Assembly (NCBI RefSeq): GCF_009914755.1 | Contig: NC_060942.1 | DNA length: 64,000 nucleotides | Source: the human T2T-CHM13v2.0 reference genome, Homo sapiens | Reading direction: 5' to 3' (one strand) | Shown: positions 46,816-60,570 of the stretch, in pieces | How the letters are laid out: every line of letters begins with the position of its first letter | Numbering within the stretch: position 1 is the first letter of the stretch | The notes under the pieces: model-generated | What the model saw: the letters and a program-made list of their open reading frames with translations, nothing else | Told to the model about the DNA's origin: nothing | Databases searched by the model: none | Program-made: the position numbers and the translations under genes

Positions 46816-47903
46816 TACAAATACCCTGCTCCTCATCAAAATGTAACAACAATAGATTCATGCTACTATCAGTCTTTACTGTGATCATTGCAAAGTGCTT
46901 ATTTATTTTCCACCTCCAAAACTCCCTCCACGTTCACCAAGAGACTTGCCATTCTCTACCACTTATTTCACCATTTATTAGCAACATGGACATAGAATTT
47001 ATTTTCAATGGTTAATATTTCATTACTATACTGAATCCTTTGGGTACTCAAATTACCCTTCAAGCTGGCTTCTGAATTCTTGTTACATGCCCTCATTAAC
47101 TTTTTGTGTACTTTTTGGCATAACATGTTCTAGGATTCTCTTATGTCTACTCTTTTCCAGCTCTGGAATCAGCTATTTATTTACTTAAATAGCCTAGGTT
47201 ATAATTAGTGTAGATGGTACTAGAAATAAAGACTTTGGTGTAAGGTATGTTCATTTAGAATTTTTTCTAGAACCTTTTAGCAGACAGAGTTAAGAAATAA
47301 TACATATATATACATAGACACATATGCAGCTGCACCTACATATACCCATACATACATACCTATGAACATATGCATGCATATACGTATTTTACAAATATGT
47401 TTCCACCAATATTGTCAATTTCCATCCATCTCTGCAGGTTTCTTTTCTGCCTTCCTTCTTCCATATTTGTGTGTTTCTCTTTCACAGTGAGAATCCACAT
47501 TTGACAATGTTATAAAATACCTAAAGTGTTTCAAAATTGATCTGTACATATTCCTACTTCAAAAAATACCCCAATCTGCTAAAAAGTGTTCCCTTCAACA
47601 TGGCCCAAGACAAAGCACACAGTTAAATTTTGTGTTCATATATAACTTGAATTGTTGCTTTCCTTTTCCCCTTCAGTAGTATTATAATTTTAATTTGAAG
47701 CACAGTTGAGCTTACTTGCTTCTGTTTGCTTTCAATTTTACTTTTTCTTCTCTCCTTTCCATCCTTGTTGATTTAATTTTATTTTTCAAACATATAGAAT
47801 ATTTACATGCTCCCATCACCAAAACTGCATGAAAAATATACTCAGAAAAGTGCTCCTTTCTAAATATCCTCCAACCTATTTCCTTGTAACTTATGCAGGT
47901 GAC

Positions 47904-48498
47904 TCTATCAGTATAATTTGATCAACAATGCAGAGCCACTATATATTAGGATTTGGCCTTATATAATTGTGGGGGCTGATTAAATTATCTATTTGAAGGC
48001 TGATATTTCTGTTAGCTGCTCTATGCTGAAGTTCACAGGCCAGGCTGTAAAAAAGGCAAGAAAGATATAAAATGGTGAAAACACGGAAAATCTAACACCT
48101 GTGAGGCTGAGTGGTAATCCATATAGATGGAATAGAATCTAGATCCATGACAGGGTGGCCTGCATTGGTGTCCTTCATCACGAAGCTAAACTTCTACTGG
48201 ACACAGGCCTGGAAAAGCTGAAGCAGAGGATCTTCAGAACCGGGAGGAGCGTTGCCCTAGTTACTGCCCCCATGTCAATCAGGAGCAGTACGTAAGTGAC
48301 AACAGGCATGATCTGCAACAGTGTCAGGCCCTGAGCTGACCTCCCAAGCGTAAAAAGAATATAGCTGCTTTTACTGCCGCCTTCTCATTCTGGTGGGAAA
48401 GTCTTTGTGACTCACACGAACTCCAACCACATATGGAAGGGAATTCTGAGAAATATAGTCCCAACTTAGCTAACATGACACAATACAAATCTACCACA
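47904..48498 (-). mobile_element. ERVL 3' LTR (LTR41/LTR52/MLT2F-like)
   Basis: gcagagccacta..ccttatataattgtggggg, gaagggaattctgagaaatatagt..ttagctaa..ctaccaca; abuts ERV-L internal sequence. Confidence 0.6.
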
Positions 48499-49640
48499 AT
48501 TTATGACTTGTCAACTTGGCATCCATATATATTTTTATGTATATATAATATTTATATATAACTTCATATAGAACTATAGTAAAAGAATATCTCATTTTGC
48601 ATAAATTAATGTAGCTACCACTTCTATGGCAAAAATATATGCAAAACTCTCCATACAATATTCAAACTAACCACCTTTGAGCCATGTTAATTTCTTTTCT
48701 AGAAGGGTGACATCTCCCTTTTGACATCCTGGGACTTTCATAATAAATATAAGATGAATTACTATGACACATAATATTTTAGATGACAAGGGAATGACAG
48801 AAAGGAAAAGAATAAAAATAGTATATGCACAAATATATCAAATAAATAGTTATAACTATTAGAGTCCTTGTCTGTGGCTGGACAAGTGGCTGTAGTTGGT
48901 GTTGATAACTACCTTTTCCCACAACCCATTCCATATTCTTTCTATTCTCAGCAAGCTTCTCTTTGGGTTATGGTTTTTGATGGATGGAGTTAGCCAAGTT
49001 TTCATTGTTCAAAAATCCTTTTGGTATTGGGTTGTTCTGCTTTTCCTCTGACTTAAATCACAAACTGTTGGAATACTAAGAACTTCCCTGGCATCTCTTG
49101 CATTCCAAATATATATCTTCTTATCCTCGTTGTGTAAATTCAACCCAATTACCACTTAATAATCAGACCAACCACTCTAGACAGAATAAATAACACCCTT
49201 CTTTGCCTTTTGATTCAGTAACACAAGCAGCCAAATTGGACATGTGGCAGTCTCAGCTCCCAGCATAATGGAGCGACTGTTGGGTGTCCTGTGTAAGTGT
49301 TTTTTCTTGGGAACCAATACTTCAAGACCAACAGAACCCAAAGTTGCTGAATGGGAAGCCAAATTTTGACAGTGGATAAATAGTGACACAAAAGAAATTC
49401 TCATTTCTACCCCTTGACACCCAGACCAAACCTTTACTGTGAAAGAAGCAGTGCAATATATTGGTCACTCATTTAGAAACTTCCTGTGGACATAGCAAGG
49501 TCCTACGTTGACTTCACACCACACAAATGTGTTATCAGTGTTGCCACTGAGCCAGTAGGTGTTGCTAAAAGGTGTTGCCACCTAGCAGATACTATAATTG
49601 AGCCTTAAAGGGCAATACCTTATTTTTTGAATATGTACCA
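48499..49640 (-). pseudogene. ERV-L internal 3' fragment with dUTPase remnant
   Basis: ORF 49177-49404 gives ATLGSVGLEVLVP and LLVLLNQKAKKGV, resembling HERV-L TLRSAGLEVLVP and LLLPLSQQAKKGV; frameshifted. Confidence 0.75.
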
Positions 49641-52129
49641 TGTTAACAGGTTCCCAAAGTCAGAAAATACAAAGTTATATTCAGAGAGGGGTCACTCTCT
49701 CTCTCATGTGTTTTCCATCCCATCACCTTCCCTCCAATCTGTTGAAGTAACAAATTTATTTGTTTACTGATGTGCTTTCTGTTTCTTTTTGAAATGATAA
49801 GCAGATATATGTAGAGTTTTAATTTTTCCCTTTTTTACATGAAGGTATAACCATATATATACATATATGTATGTATATATGTCTGTGTGTGTATATATAT
49901 ACATATACACATATATATGTGTATATACATATATAATTACTTGTACTTTGCTTTTTCCTCTTACCAATACTATCACCTGGAAATCAATCCCTATCAATTA
50001 TAGAGGTCCCCTTTTTATTTTATCTTTCTAATTTTGTTTTATCAGCATCATATTATGCCATTGTGTACATACCACTCTGTATTTACCAATTTCTTATGCT
50101 TAGATATTTAGGTAGCTTCCATTATTTTGCAGTTATACAGTGAATAACCTTGCCCATTTGAATTTTTAATAATGTTGGAGGTGTATCAAAAGGGTACATC
50201 CCTGAAAGCAGAATTACTGAATTGGAGGATAAATGCGTGTATAATTTTCTCAGATTTTGCTAAATTCTCCTCCACTGGAACTGGCTTAATTGCATCCTCA
50301 CTAGCAATGTGCCTGTGGGGATGCTCTTTGCCCAAAGCCTTGTTGAAACGTGTATTATCAATTATTAGAGATTTTGCCCATCTCACAGGTGAAACATTGT
50401 AACTCTGTGTGTTTTCATTCCACATTTCCCTTACTATGAGTGAAACTGGACAACATTTTATGTTTAAGGTTGTTTTTATACTTTTAAAAACTGTCTTTAA
50501 TTTTAGCTATTTTATTACAATAGGATTCTTGGGTTTTTCCTCTCAGTTGTAAAAAGTTCTTTGTACATTAGTGGTATTAGTGCTTTTTCTATAATATATG
50601 TGGCAAATATTTTCTCTTATTTTGTCATCTGCCTTTTGACATTGTTTAGGATTTTTTAAAACCATGAATTGGCTTTTTTTAATCATGTAAAATGTATTAA
50701 TCTTTATTTTTTTACATCTGGCATTTTAGTCATAGCTATAAAACTTTTCCTTCTATGCAGATTAAAAAGAAATTCACTCTAATTTTCTTCTAACACTTAA
50801 ATTATATACATATGTGTGTATGTACATATGTACATATATATAACAGCATCTATGTATATAACCACATATACATGGTTATATGTTTGGAGTTTATTTGTGT
50901 GTATGCTAAGAAGAAATGATTTAATTTTATCTTTTTCCCAATAGCTGAACAGTTTAACCAAAATCATTTACTTTAACAAACACACAGAAAGCAGAACTTT
51001 ACTCCATTGATTTATGATTCCACCTTCACTCGATTTCTATGAGTAGTTTTATCTATTTCTGGTCTTTCTAATCTTTTTCATTAGTCTCTCTGTCTTTCCG
51101 TGTGCCAGAACACTCTTTTAATTATAGCATCTTTCTAGTTTGTTTTCGTGTCTTCTGGGACTAGTTCCCCATCTCTACCCCATATCTTTTCTTTTTCAGT
51201 GGTTTTTGGCTCTCACTGTGTGTCAAATCTTCTAGCTTCATTAAAAAAGCTTCTTGGTATTTTTGTTGAAATTCCTTTACAGATAAATTAAACTTAGGAA
51301 GGGCTAACATCTTGATTATGTTGAGCTTTCTCAACCAAACATAAAGGATATCTATTTATTCAGATCAATTGTTCTTTCAGGAGTGTTGTATGGCTTTCCT
51401 CATTAAAATTTTGCTTATTTTTATTAAATTTATTTCTAAATAGTTTATCATTTAAAAAATTATGAAAAATACAACTTTTGATTGAACAAATGATAGCCAC
51501 TTACCTGCCAGTGGGTCTTGGGAAGAATACATACATATATATCTTCCAATTAGTCTCCTTGTAAATAGAAAAATACTGGTACTAAACCAGTTTCAATTTA
51601 GAAAAAAAGAAACTGGTCTTGCTGCTTAGAATATAAGTTTCTTCAAAAACTCATAATGCATTAGAATCTGGTAATACAAGAACATGATTGACATCAATTG
51701 TATCTGTAATGGGACTAAGCACTTTCCAAACTGCATTGTCCTCATATGAGAAGTGAGTATAATCATATTTTTCTAGCACACTTTAGTAGTTAGCATTGTT
51801 CTAAGTAAAAGATTCAGCTATGGGAGGCACTCAGTCAATATTTGTGATTCTGAGTATTAACGCATACATATTTGATAGAAGAAGAAAAGTTGCTTTCTAG
51901 CAAACATCTATTTTATCCATGAATCAGGCAATATTATGCCCTATTTTGAAAATTATCTATCTGTAGAGATATTGGAAGATGAGTATTTTGTGTGTTTTTT
52001 TTCCTACTGACACCTGCATTTTATGGGGGAGAGAATAGGGCAAAGACAAATAAGCTGACATGGAATGAGGTAGTTCATATTCCTCTTCCCTTGGGAGGGA
52101 TTTTGAGGTGTGACAGCCATAATTTTGAG

Positions 52130-52604
52130 GTAGTCAATATGGCCTTGAAGTTCCCCTAAGCTTGACTAAACTTTAGAGAGATTTCTTTCTAACTGTAGGT
52201 TCCTGACCTCACTTTTCTTAGAGCATTCACTTTAGAAACCACTTCATTGTAAATTTGTATCTGTCCCTTTGAGAGGTACATCTTCTGCAACCCAGAAATG
52301 TCCTTCTCAAGGACCTGGGAGCCACCTCTTTGAAATGTAATCACTGAAGGCCATAGTGCCCTTTTCTCCCAATTTCTGTGGGGGAGTAGGGGCTTAGCTT
52401 CCATAAGCACCAATTAGCAAATACAGATGATCTCATTGCATTGACTAACCACCCTTCCCCACCCCACTCAACCTCTTTCAGTATTTCTTTATTAGTCATC
52501 TCAGCACCTAAAAACTCTTTCACCTTTTGTTTCAAGAGAGTTGAGTTCCTCCTTTCAAGTATTCCTTGCAGTTTAAATCCACCTGGTACAATTATTCTTT
52601 AACA
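52130..52604 (+). mobile_element. ERV1 solo LTR (MER67-like)
   Basis: cttgactaaactttaga, ttttcttagagcatt.actttagaaa, ctcaaggacctgggagcca.ctctttgaaatgtaatc; ends tttaaca. Confidence 0.7.
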
Positions 52605-53144
52605 GAGACCTTTAAATATCAACTTGCTGTGCAAATTTTACAAATTAACTTTATTGATGGTAGGATAAGGTAAATAATACTCTCCAAGAACAATTATGCA
52701 TTTATAAGTGGCCCTTGGGGTACCTTAAATATGTGGGCATAGAGAAAGTATTCATTTTAAATTGATATGTAATAACTGCTTTAGTGTGTGTTTAATGAAA
52801 AAAAAACAGATACTGACTCTCTGAACATAAAAATTATTTTTGTCACTCTGACAAAAGAAGAGTTTGACAGAAATATTGAATTATACTTAGTAGGACACTA
52901 TTCTTGAGACAGCTTCATTGTTTTCAAAATTTCTTGTACTTTGCTTCTTAATTTTCATCCTAAATTTAAACAGCTTTGTTAGGTTTCACTAACACACCTC
53001 TGTGCCTAAAGAATAGCTCTCTACCTCGGTTTTGCTATCAATTAATCTTTCATTTTGGATTTTTTTCTTTTGTTACCTATTTAATCAGTTTGGCCAACTT
53101 TCATATATACTACAAATGACTTTTCCTTTCAATGTCTAGTTTTT

Positions 53145-53640
53145 TATTTCATTTATTTGCTAGGTATTAGAGACATAAAGAAGATAAATGATCCATAAAA
53201 GACAATGATTAAGAAAGAATTTCTGTCCTGAAATTTCTTAAAAGTATAGTGGGGAGAGAAATAAGTAAACAGCTAACAGTAATATAGTATAGTAAGTTGT
53301 ATGGAGTTATTTTGGACTGACTAGAGAAAAACATATACTGGACAAATAATCTCAGCCTTGATGGTGGTGATGGGGGAAGTAGTGGATACATGCGGGTTTG
53401 TGGGAGGAAGCATCCCTCAAGTGGGTACCACTGGAGAGCAGAATAAGTGCTGAAGATATTGGTAGAAGGTGATGAAGAGGAGGAGTGCTGGAAAGGTAAA
53501 CAGGAAGTTTCACATTAGGGAGTTTAAACTTGATCTTGCATGTGAGAGTGCTGTTGAGATATTCTGTAGTTAGAAACTTACTGGCATAATCCTATTTAGG
53601 ATTTAGAAGAAAGGTCTGGTTTTAGTATTGGAATGATTTG
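53145..53640 (-). mobile_element. L2 fragment
   Basis: gctaggtattagagacata, tagtggggagag..taagtaaacagctaac, agggagtttaaacttgatct. Confidence 0.55.
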
Positions 53641-53859
53641 GAAGTCGTATTAAGGTTTTATAAACTTTTTGGTTTACCTTCTTAATAAATGTAAGAGAAT
53701 TTAATTGTTGAGTAAATTTATTATTGTGGCTGTGTAACATGAACATAACCACTAAGAAGTGAAAATGTTTGATCAAACTAGTGATTATATCGTTATCTTG
53801 TAAATTATTATACTGTTATATATTATTTTTATTTTTAGACCAAAAAACACTCAAAAATT

Positions 53860-53985
53860 GTGAAAATCTTTTAACCAGCTTATGTTCATAGATGAAGTCA
53901 CTGAGAGATAAAGATGTTAATAACGTGCCCAAAGTTACAAAATCGATTACAACTATATTTGGCTTTCTAGCATAAACACTTTCTC
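53860..53985 (-). mobile_element. MIR fragment
   Basis: atagatgaagtcactgagagata.agatgttaataacgtgcccaaagttaca. Confidence 0.55.
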
Positions 53986-54664
53986 CTTTCAAAAATCAGG
54001 CCTATTTCACCCACAATTTTCTGAGTGGCACTGAATGTTTTTAATGGAAATTGAGAAAGATGTTTTGTTTCACATTGTAGCACAGAAGAAGTGAATGTTG
54101 GTCAATGAGACAATTCGTAACTCCAATTCAGCAGAAGCAGAAGCCTAGAACCTGGGGTGGGACGAGGATGGAGATGAGAACATGATATCCCATGAATCTG
54201 CAGCAACACTCAGGAGAGCTTTGGTCATGTCAGAGTTTAGATCAGAGGTTGGACTGTTTACTTTCTGTTCTTAAAGACCTCTAGCTCTAACTAGCATGTC
54301 TTACATTCTGTAGTACTTCACAGTTTTATACCTTTCAAGCAGTGAATTCCCTACCATAATCCCAATAGATAGTTGGGGTAACATTTTTTTTTTGCTTTGT
54401 AAAATTAATCTTTAATATATAAAACAGAAGATTTTATTGAGCTGTGGATCTGAGTTCAAAACTGATATATTCCTATTTTTCAGCCTAATGATTTTAGCTA
54501 TTGCCACATTATATTCATTATCTCTCCCTTAAAAAAGTAGTTTCCTTTGAGTATTCATGAAATTTACATGCAGTAACATTTCTGATTGTCTTTTGTTGCA
54601 CTGAAGTACACCCATCCGACATAGGAGTTTATGGTTAGAAATAAGCTCATAATTTATTTTGATA

Positions 54665-55085
54665 GAATGCTAAATATCTTTCATTTGTCTGCTTAGATTT
54701 ACCCTTCACCCTCTTTCCACCCTGCTCTGTGGTCTGTGGAGCTGATCCATTTAGCTTGCTTAATGATGCCCTTGCCCTCTGGCTTCCTGTTGGCTTTGAT
54801 CAATAGAAGACACTAGCAGATGAGAGGCAGGAGAATGAAGACTGGATATATGTTCCCCTGGCACCGTTTTGCTGTTACCATCTGTTAGCTGTATCCCTCT
54901 GGGTGACCTCTCTGTTCTGGAAACTACTCTGTCCTTTCAGCACTAGGGGGAGTTAGGCTCCCTGATGCTGCTAACTTGAGTTTATTACATTTTCCCTTAC
55001 TTCTATCCCTAAACTCTGTCCACATTTTTATACATTGATCCTTTATTTAAGTCTTTCCAATTGATCCAGTTTGAACATGACTATT
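54665..55085 (+). mobile_element. ERVL LTR (LTR16C-like)
   Basis: tccaccctgctctgtg..gctga..cccttgccctctggcttcctgttgg.tttg..caat.gaag.cact.gcag. Confidence 0.7.
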
Positions 55086-55154
55086 TAGAATTGTCATTTT
55101 ATTGGTGGAACACATGAAAGTTGTCATGCTAGTGTGTGGCACGTGCTAGCAGGA

Positions 55155-55320
55155 GGCCGCATGGTAGTATTTAAGAGGACGGCGTTGGGAATAATAGCCC
55201 GATTTCTAGCCTGGCTCTCTACACGGTGATGTTGAGCACATTTCCTAATGCTTTCGTTCCTCAGTTTTCTTATTCGTAAAAGAAATACACCTATTTCATG
55301 AATATATAAGTGAAATATAA
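55155..55320 (+). mobile_element. MIR fragment
   Basis: gcatggtagtatttaagag, cctggctct, cctcagttttcttattcgtaaaa. Confidence 0.55.
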
Positions 55321-55345
55321 ATATATATATATGCGCATATTAGAA

Positions 55346-55683
55346 CATCGGTGTCCAATAGAGATATGAGAACAATAAATGTGAGCCACACATTTTATAT
55401 TTTTTAGTAGCCACTTTAAAAAGAGTAAGAGAAACAGACAAAAATAATATTAACTTAACCCAATATAAATGTTTACTTAACCCGATATATTTAAAATATT
55501 AACATTTCAAAACGTACTCAGTATAAACATGGAATAAAGAGGTATTTTACATTTTTTACAAACAAAGATGTAGCAAAAATGTAGTATATGTTTTACACTT
55601 ACAGCATATCTCAGTATGGACTACCCACATTTCAAAATCTCAAGGCCGACACATGGCTAGTGGCTCCCTATTGGATACTACAG
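55346..55683. mobile_element. MER33 (hAT-Charlie)
   Basis: tgtccaatag..gtgagccaca..tagtagccac...acacttacagcatatctca..tggctagtggct..tattgga. Confidence 0.8.
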
Positions 55684-55713
55684 CTTTAGTAGCTCTTTGA
55701 ACCTACACTTTTA

Positions 55714-56339
55714 TATTGGGGATCAGAAAACCTTACTCCGAAATATCGTGCTTAACTTGAAGCAGCCTCAAGATCTCTCTGACCTTTCCAACTTCCCTCC
55801 ATCTCTCAATCCTCTGACTCTCCCAAAGCACAGGATGAAACTGTTCTCTGAAGTTCCCTGATCTACGTAGAAACCAGACTTGCCAAAGAGAAATACGATT
55901 GCCTCCCTGAAATTTCATTAGCCAGTGAAAATTAAAACTTATATCACAGAGGAAGAGAGGCTAAAAATTAAGCACCACACCTGGAGCCCAGGCAAACTTT
56001 GTGTCAAACCTTTGTCTTTTCTGTCTCATTTAATTTTCAAAGAAAAATATTTACTAATAATTGTCTAAGTTTTAACGCCATTCATTTCCCCTAAAAATTG
56101 TTTTTCCATTTCTCAAATTGCTACATTTTCCCCATCTCCTCTTTCCCTCTGAAAAAGAATATATGAGCATCTGTACCCTACTGGGTTATTAAGTAACCAT
56201 TGCCCTGTAATTCTCCTGTGATATGTACATTAAAATAAATGTATATGCCTTTTTTTCGCTATTAGTCCACTTTTTGTCAGTTCATTTTCAGTGAACCTTC
56301 AGAAAGTGAAAGGGGAAGCTTTCTCCCTTGGCCTCTACA
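55714..56339 (+). mobile_element. ERV1 solo LTR (MER39/MER34 family)
   Basis: ttggggatcagaaaac start, ttttcagtgaaccttcaga..ggggaag..cccttggcctctaca end; 4-bp TSD ttta on both sides. Confidence 0.75.
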
Positions 56340-56447
56340 TTTACTTAAACAACTTACCTGATTAATCACTTCTCTTTATTCTTTCTGTTAACCAAAATGT
56401 GCTTATAGGATGCTGAGTATCCAGAGTTCACAGGCAACATTTTTATT

Positions 56448-56770
56448 CAGTAGTCCCTGCTTACCTATGGGAGATACTTCCAAGACCCAAGTGAATGCTT
56501 AAAACCACAGATTGTACCAAACTCTCTCTAAATACTATCTTTCCCTATACATACACACCTATGATAAAATGTAACTTATAAATTAGGCACAGTAAGAGGT
56601 TAAGAACAATAGCTAGTGATAAAATAGAATAATCATAACAATATACTGTAATAAAAGTTATATAAATGTAGCCTCTCTCCCTCTCTCTCTCTGTCATATT
56701 TTGGGACTGCTGTTGACCATGGGTAACTGAAACTGTGCAAAGCAAAACCTCAGGTAACGGGAGACTATTG
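56448..56770 (-). mobile_element. MER44-like (Tigger7-derived) MITE
   Basis: TIRs cagtagtccc...ggggagactattg followed by TA; ttataaattaggcacagtaagag; gttgaccatgggtaactgaaac. Confidence 0.8.
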
Positions 56771-56799
56771 TACATCCATGAATATCTGCTCCCACCATT

Positions 56800-57230
56800 C
56801 GAATTATATACTTAAGAAGTATCATCTGTATCTTTTTCAAACCTGTTTATGCCAGTTATATTGGTTATTATAATAATTTAATATATTTGTTTATAAACCA
56901 TTGACATAGCAGTATGGAAGGAAATAGAATTGTCAGTTCTATAAAAATTAAGCTAAATGCTTTGGGAAGGATCAATAAAGAGACATTAATTTATAAAAAG
57001 TGGATGTAGTAGAGAAAACTGAAAAAAATGTGGAAAATAATCAATAGCTGGAGGTATTCTGCATTCAGACCACTTTGCAAGTGTTAGCAAGTTCGTGCTC
57101 CATTTAAAGAAAATGAATCTGGGTATCACACAGTGATCATATGGTTGTGTTTAATGAAAACTAAAATAAAATGTAAAACTCCAATATAAGGATATATAAT
57201 AGATATTGACATTATACCCACAAACTGGTG
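56800..57230 (+). mobile_element. Ancient Tigger (Tigger13a-like) transposase N-terminal remnant
   Basis: Local translation EGNRIVSSIKIKLNALGRINK resembles the Tigger/CENP-B-type HTH start. Confidence 0.5.
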
Positions 57231-57289
57231 GGTATAATGATATCTATCTATCTATCTCTCTCTCTATATATATAATCTATACATACATT

Positions 57290-57415
57290 CTACAGCAAGC
57301 CCCATGAGGGCAGGTATCACATTTGTTTAGCTTGCCTCTATATTTTCAGTGCTGGAGTGGTGATTGGCTCAAAGTAGATGCTCAACAAATGTTTGTTGAC
57401 AGATTGACTGACTTG
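57290..57415 (+). mobile_element. L2 3' end
   Basis: aagccccatgagggcagg...agtagatgctcaacaaatgtttgttga. Confidence 0.7.
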
Positions 57416-58057
57416 TTATTTCCATATGGCATCTCTGACTATGCAAGCCGGTTGGTTTTTCAGTTTATAGTTTGCTGTCACATTTTTAAAAACATGATAT
57501 TGTTTTATTTACAACAGATATAATTTTACAGTCTTTTTTTTTTCTAAGCGAAACATTTTAAGTCATCTAGAAAGGGAAAACTCATGCAAAATTTAACTCA
57601 GTAAATTTAGACTTGATGTTTTATTAGAACAATGCCTTGCTGGGGAAAATGGAAGAGAATAAATAAAATTTAAGTCTATCTGTTCCTGAGGAGGTCAAAA
57701 AAGCTTGGTTTTCATATGTTCTGGGGAGCTGTGAATAAATATCCAACAGAGCTCATCTGGATTCACAATCTGTTCATCAAAAGCACCTAAAATTATCTTC
57801 TTCCTAAACATCCCTATTAGCAGACATTGGCTATGGTTATACACATGCACCAGCTTGAAAAATTCCCTGAAATTACCCAAACAAATGTAGATATTATAGT
57901 TATTGAATTTACGCCTCGCACCTCCCATTGATGGTGAAGATTTAGTCACAGTGTAGCTGAAGAAGTGTAAAGTAGTTAAGTCAGAACTAGGATCCTTCCT
58001 GAGGGACTTGCCAATATACTTTTTTCTTAGTTCCCCAAACAGGTCATTTTTAATGCA

Positions 58058-58620
58058 AATTTTAATTAAGGTATTACACAAATAAAAAGTGCATATGTCA
58101 TAATGGTACAGCTCGATGAATTCTCCCTAAGTGAATATACCATAAATGGTTCCAAGATCAAAATAGGGAATACCACCAACAACCCAGGAGCCCCTCTTCA
58201 GTCTTTTTATGGTCATCATCCTTCCTAAGAGTAATTAATATTCTTACTTGATTGCTATAGATTCTTTTTACCTACATATGAACTTTGGATGAATAGAAGC
58301 ACCCAGTATGTACTGTGTAGTGCCTGGTTTCTTTCACTCAGTAATATTTAGAAGATTCATTCATGTATGTGGTTGTAGTTTGTTTATTCTCATTGATTTG
58401 TGGCAGTCTTTTGTAGAAATACACCACAATTTATTTATCTCTTCTACTATTAGTGGATATTTGCATTGTACTCAGTTTTTGGCTATTATGAGTAGCTCTG
58501 CTATTAACATTCTTGCATGTCTTTTGGTGATCATAAGAACACATATCTGCTGAGTGTTCACTTAGGTGTGAAAGTCTAAGTCATAAGATGTGCAGAATGT
58601 TAAGTTGGAATAGCTATTGT
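58058..58620 (-). mobile_element. L1ME-type 3' fragment
   Basis: aaagtgcatat..gtacagctcgatgaatt, cttctttcactca, cagtttttggctattatgagta..ctgctattaacattcttg. Confidence 0.7.
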
Positions 58621-59285
58621 AGTACAATCTCTTCTGTATTGGGTTAGTTTTCAAAACAAAAAAAGCAAAGGGGATTTGGTCTTAGAAAATTCAACTTGTT
58701 GGTTGTTGTATTAAAAGATATATATATATACATATTATATATATATACATGTATTTGTTAATCTCTAATTAGATTCCTTGGAATATTTCCACTTTTGAAG
58801 AAACATGTTAGCTAATAGTTAACATTCCTAATGCATTTCATTTTTAAATTTTAAGGCTGTTATTATTTTTCAGAACTGTAGTCACATATTTACCAATAAA
58901 AATTCTGGTTAACAGTAGGAATGTATGATATTCATAAATATGATTTATTTTCTAATTATGTCAGGACTTAACATGCTCATGGGAATAGAATTAGGAATGA
59001 CACTTTGCCATTTGCCTATATAATATCGAAGACACCATTTTGTCAAGTGTATATGACACTGTTTAGAAACAGACTTTCTCACTTCAGAAAACCTCACAAA
59101 ATATCTGATCAGCCTTGTCGCCTTGCATGTATACTTCTTTACTCCCAATGACACTTTTAAAATTCTCATATACATTTTCATATATACTGTACTCTTATAC
59201 CTATAGTAGTTTCCATGTATATATGTAGTTTACAAATTCTCAATGATATTTTAAGTCTCTGTTATGTAGACTGTACACAATCTTA

Positions 59286-59545
<260 letters not shown>

Positions 59546-59952
59546 CCCATCCTCAAGCACGTTGTAAACCTAATTTTAAAAGTATTTTTTTATTTTACAA
59601 ATAATTTAGTCAGAAACAACCATTTTAAAATATGTAATATCTTGTAAGAAATAAACAACGTTCAAACCCCAAAATTTAATTTTTTGAATCTCAAATATGA
59701 GCAAAACAGTCTATCTTTCAGTGGATAAACAGCAAATTACTATTCCAGATTGCTTTCTCTACATTCTTTCCACACATATTTTAGCCCATGTTTTCTGACA
59801 CCAAATGCTTCTGGTATTATATTTACTTTTGTATGTACAGAATCTAACCTGCTCTTGAACTATTTACAAACATGGCTATGCTTACCTGAATTAAAATTTT
59901 CTCCCTTCTCTCTAAGCTTTCAGTCATCAAAACTATCTAACTGTCAAATCTA

Positions 59953-60032
59953 TTAGATTGGTACAAAAGTAATTACGGTTTTTGCCATTACTTTCAATGG
60001 CAAAAACCGCAATTACTTTTGCACCAACATAA
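59953..60032. mobile_element. MADE1 (Hsmar1-derived MITE), full length 80 bp
   Basis: 37-bp TIRs around a 6-nt spacer, flanked by TA at 59951-59952 and 60033-60034. Confidence 0.95.
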
Positions 60033-60359
60033 TAGCAACTATTCAATTGGTTTCCTCTTTGACTTTGATGACAATCCTTCCTTCCTCGAAACTAATTTTT
60101 TACAATTATTTTAACTGTTCCATTTTCTCTATTTGTTATGTACTTCACTGTGTATACAATTCTATACTGATTACTCTGCAATCACATTCCCTCCATTTAA
60201 ATATTTTCCAGCATTTGGACTTCAGCCTTCCAACTCTGTATGCTGTGCTGTAGCATCGACCATCATGTCCCCAAACCGTATATGAAACTCAGTCTTCTTT
60301 CCCGAGAAATGCGCTTAAACCCCATTTATCCAATCACCTACTTATATAATTCCCTACAC

Positions 60360-60522
60360 CAAGCAATCTCCAACCATTTTATCACAAGGGACCAGTTTCG
60401 TGGAAGACAATTTTTTCATAAACTGGGGGAAGGGGATGGTTTTGGGATGATTCAAGCACATTACATTTATTACGTACTTTATTACATTGAGATATATATA
60501 TATATATATGTATGTGTGTGTA

Positions 60523-60570
<48 letters not shown>

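Larger units (their letters stand above)
45730..51460 (-). mobile_element. Old L1 (L1MC-type) 3'UTR plus ORF2 end hosting nested Tigger3a and ERV-L
   Basis: ccagtacaggatccagtctagg, ttccagctctggaatcagc, gcagaattactgaatt, gtggcaaatattttctc, aacatcttgattatgttgag motifs in L1 antisense order. Confidence 0.65.
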
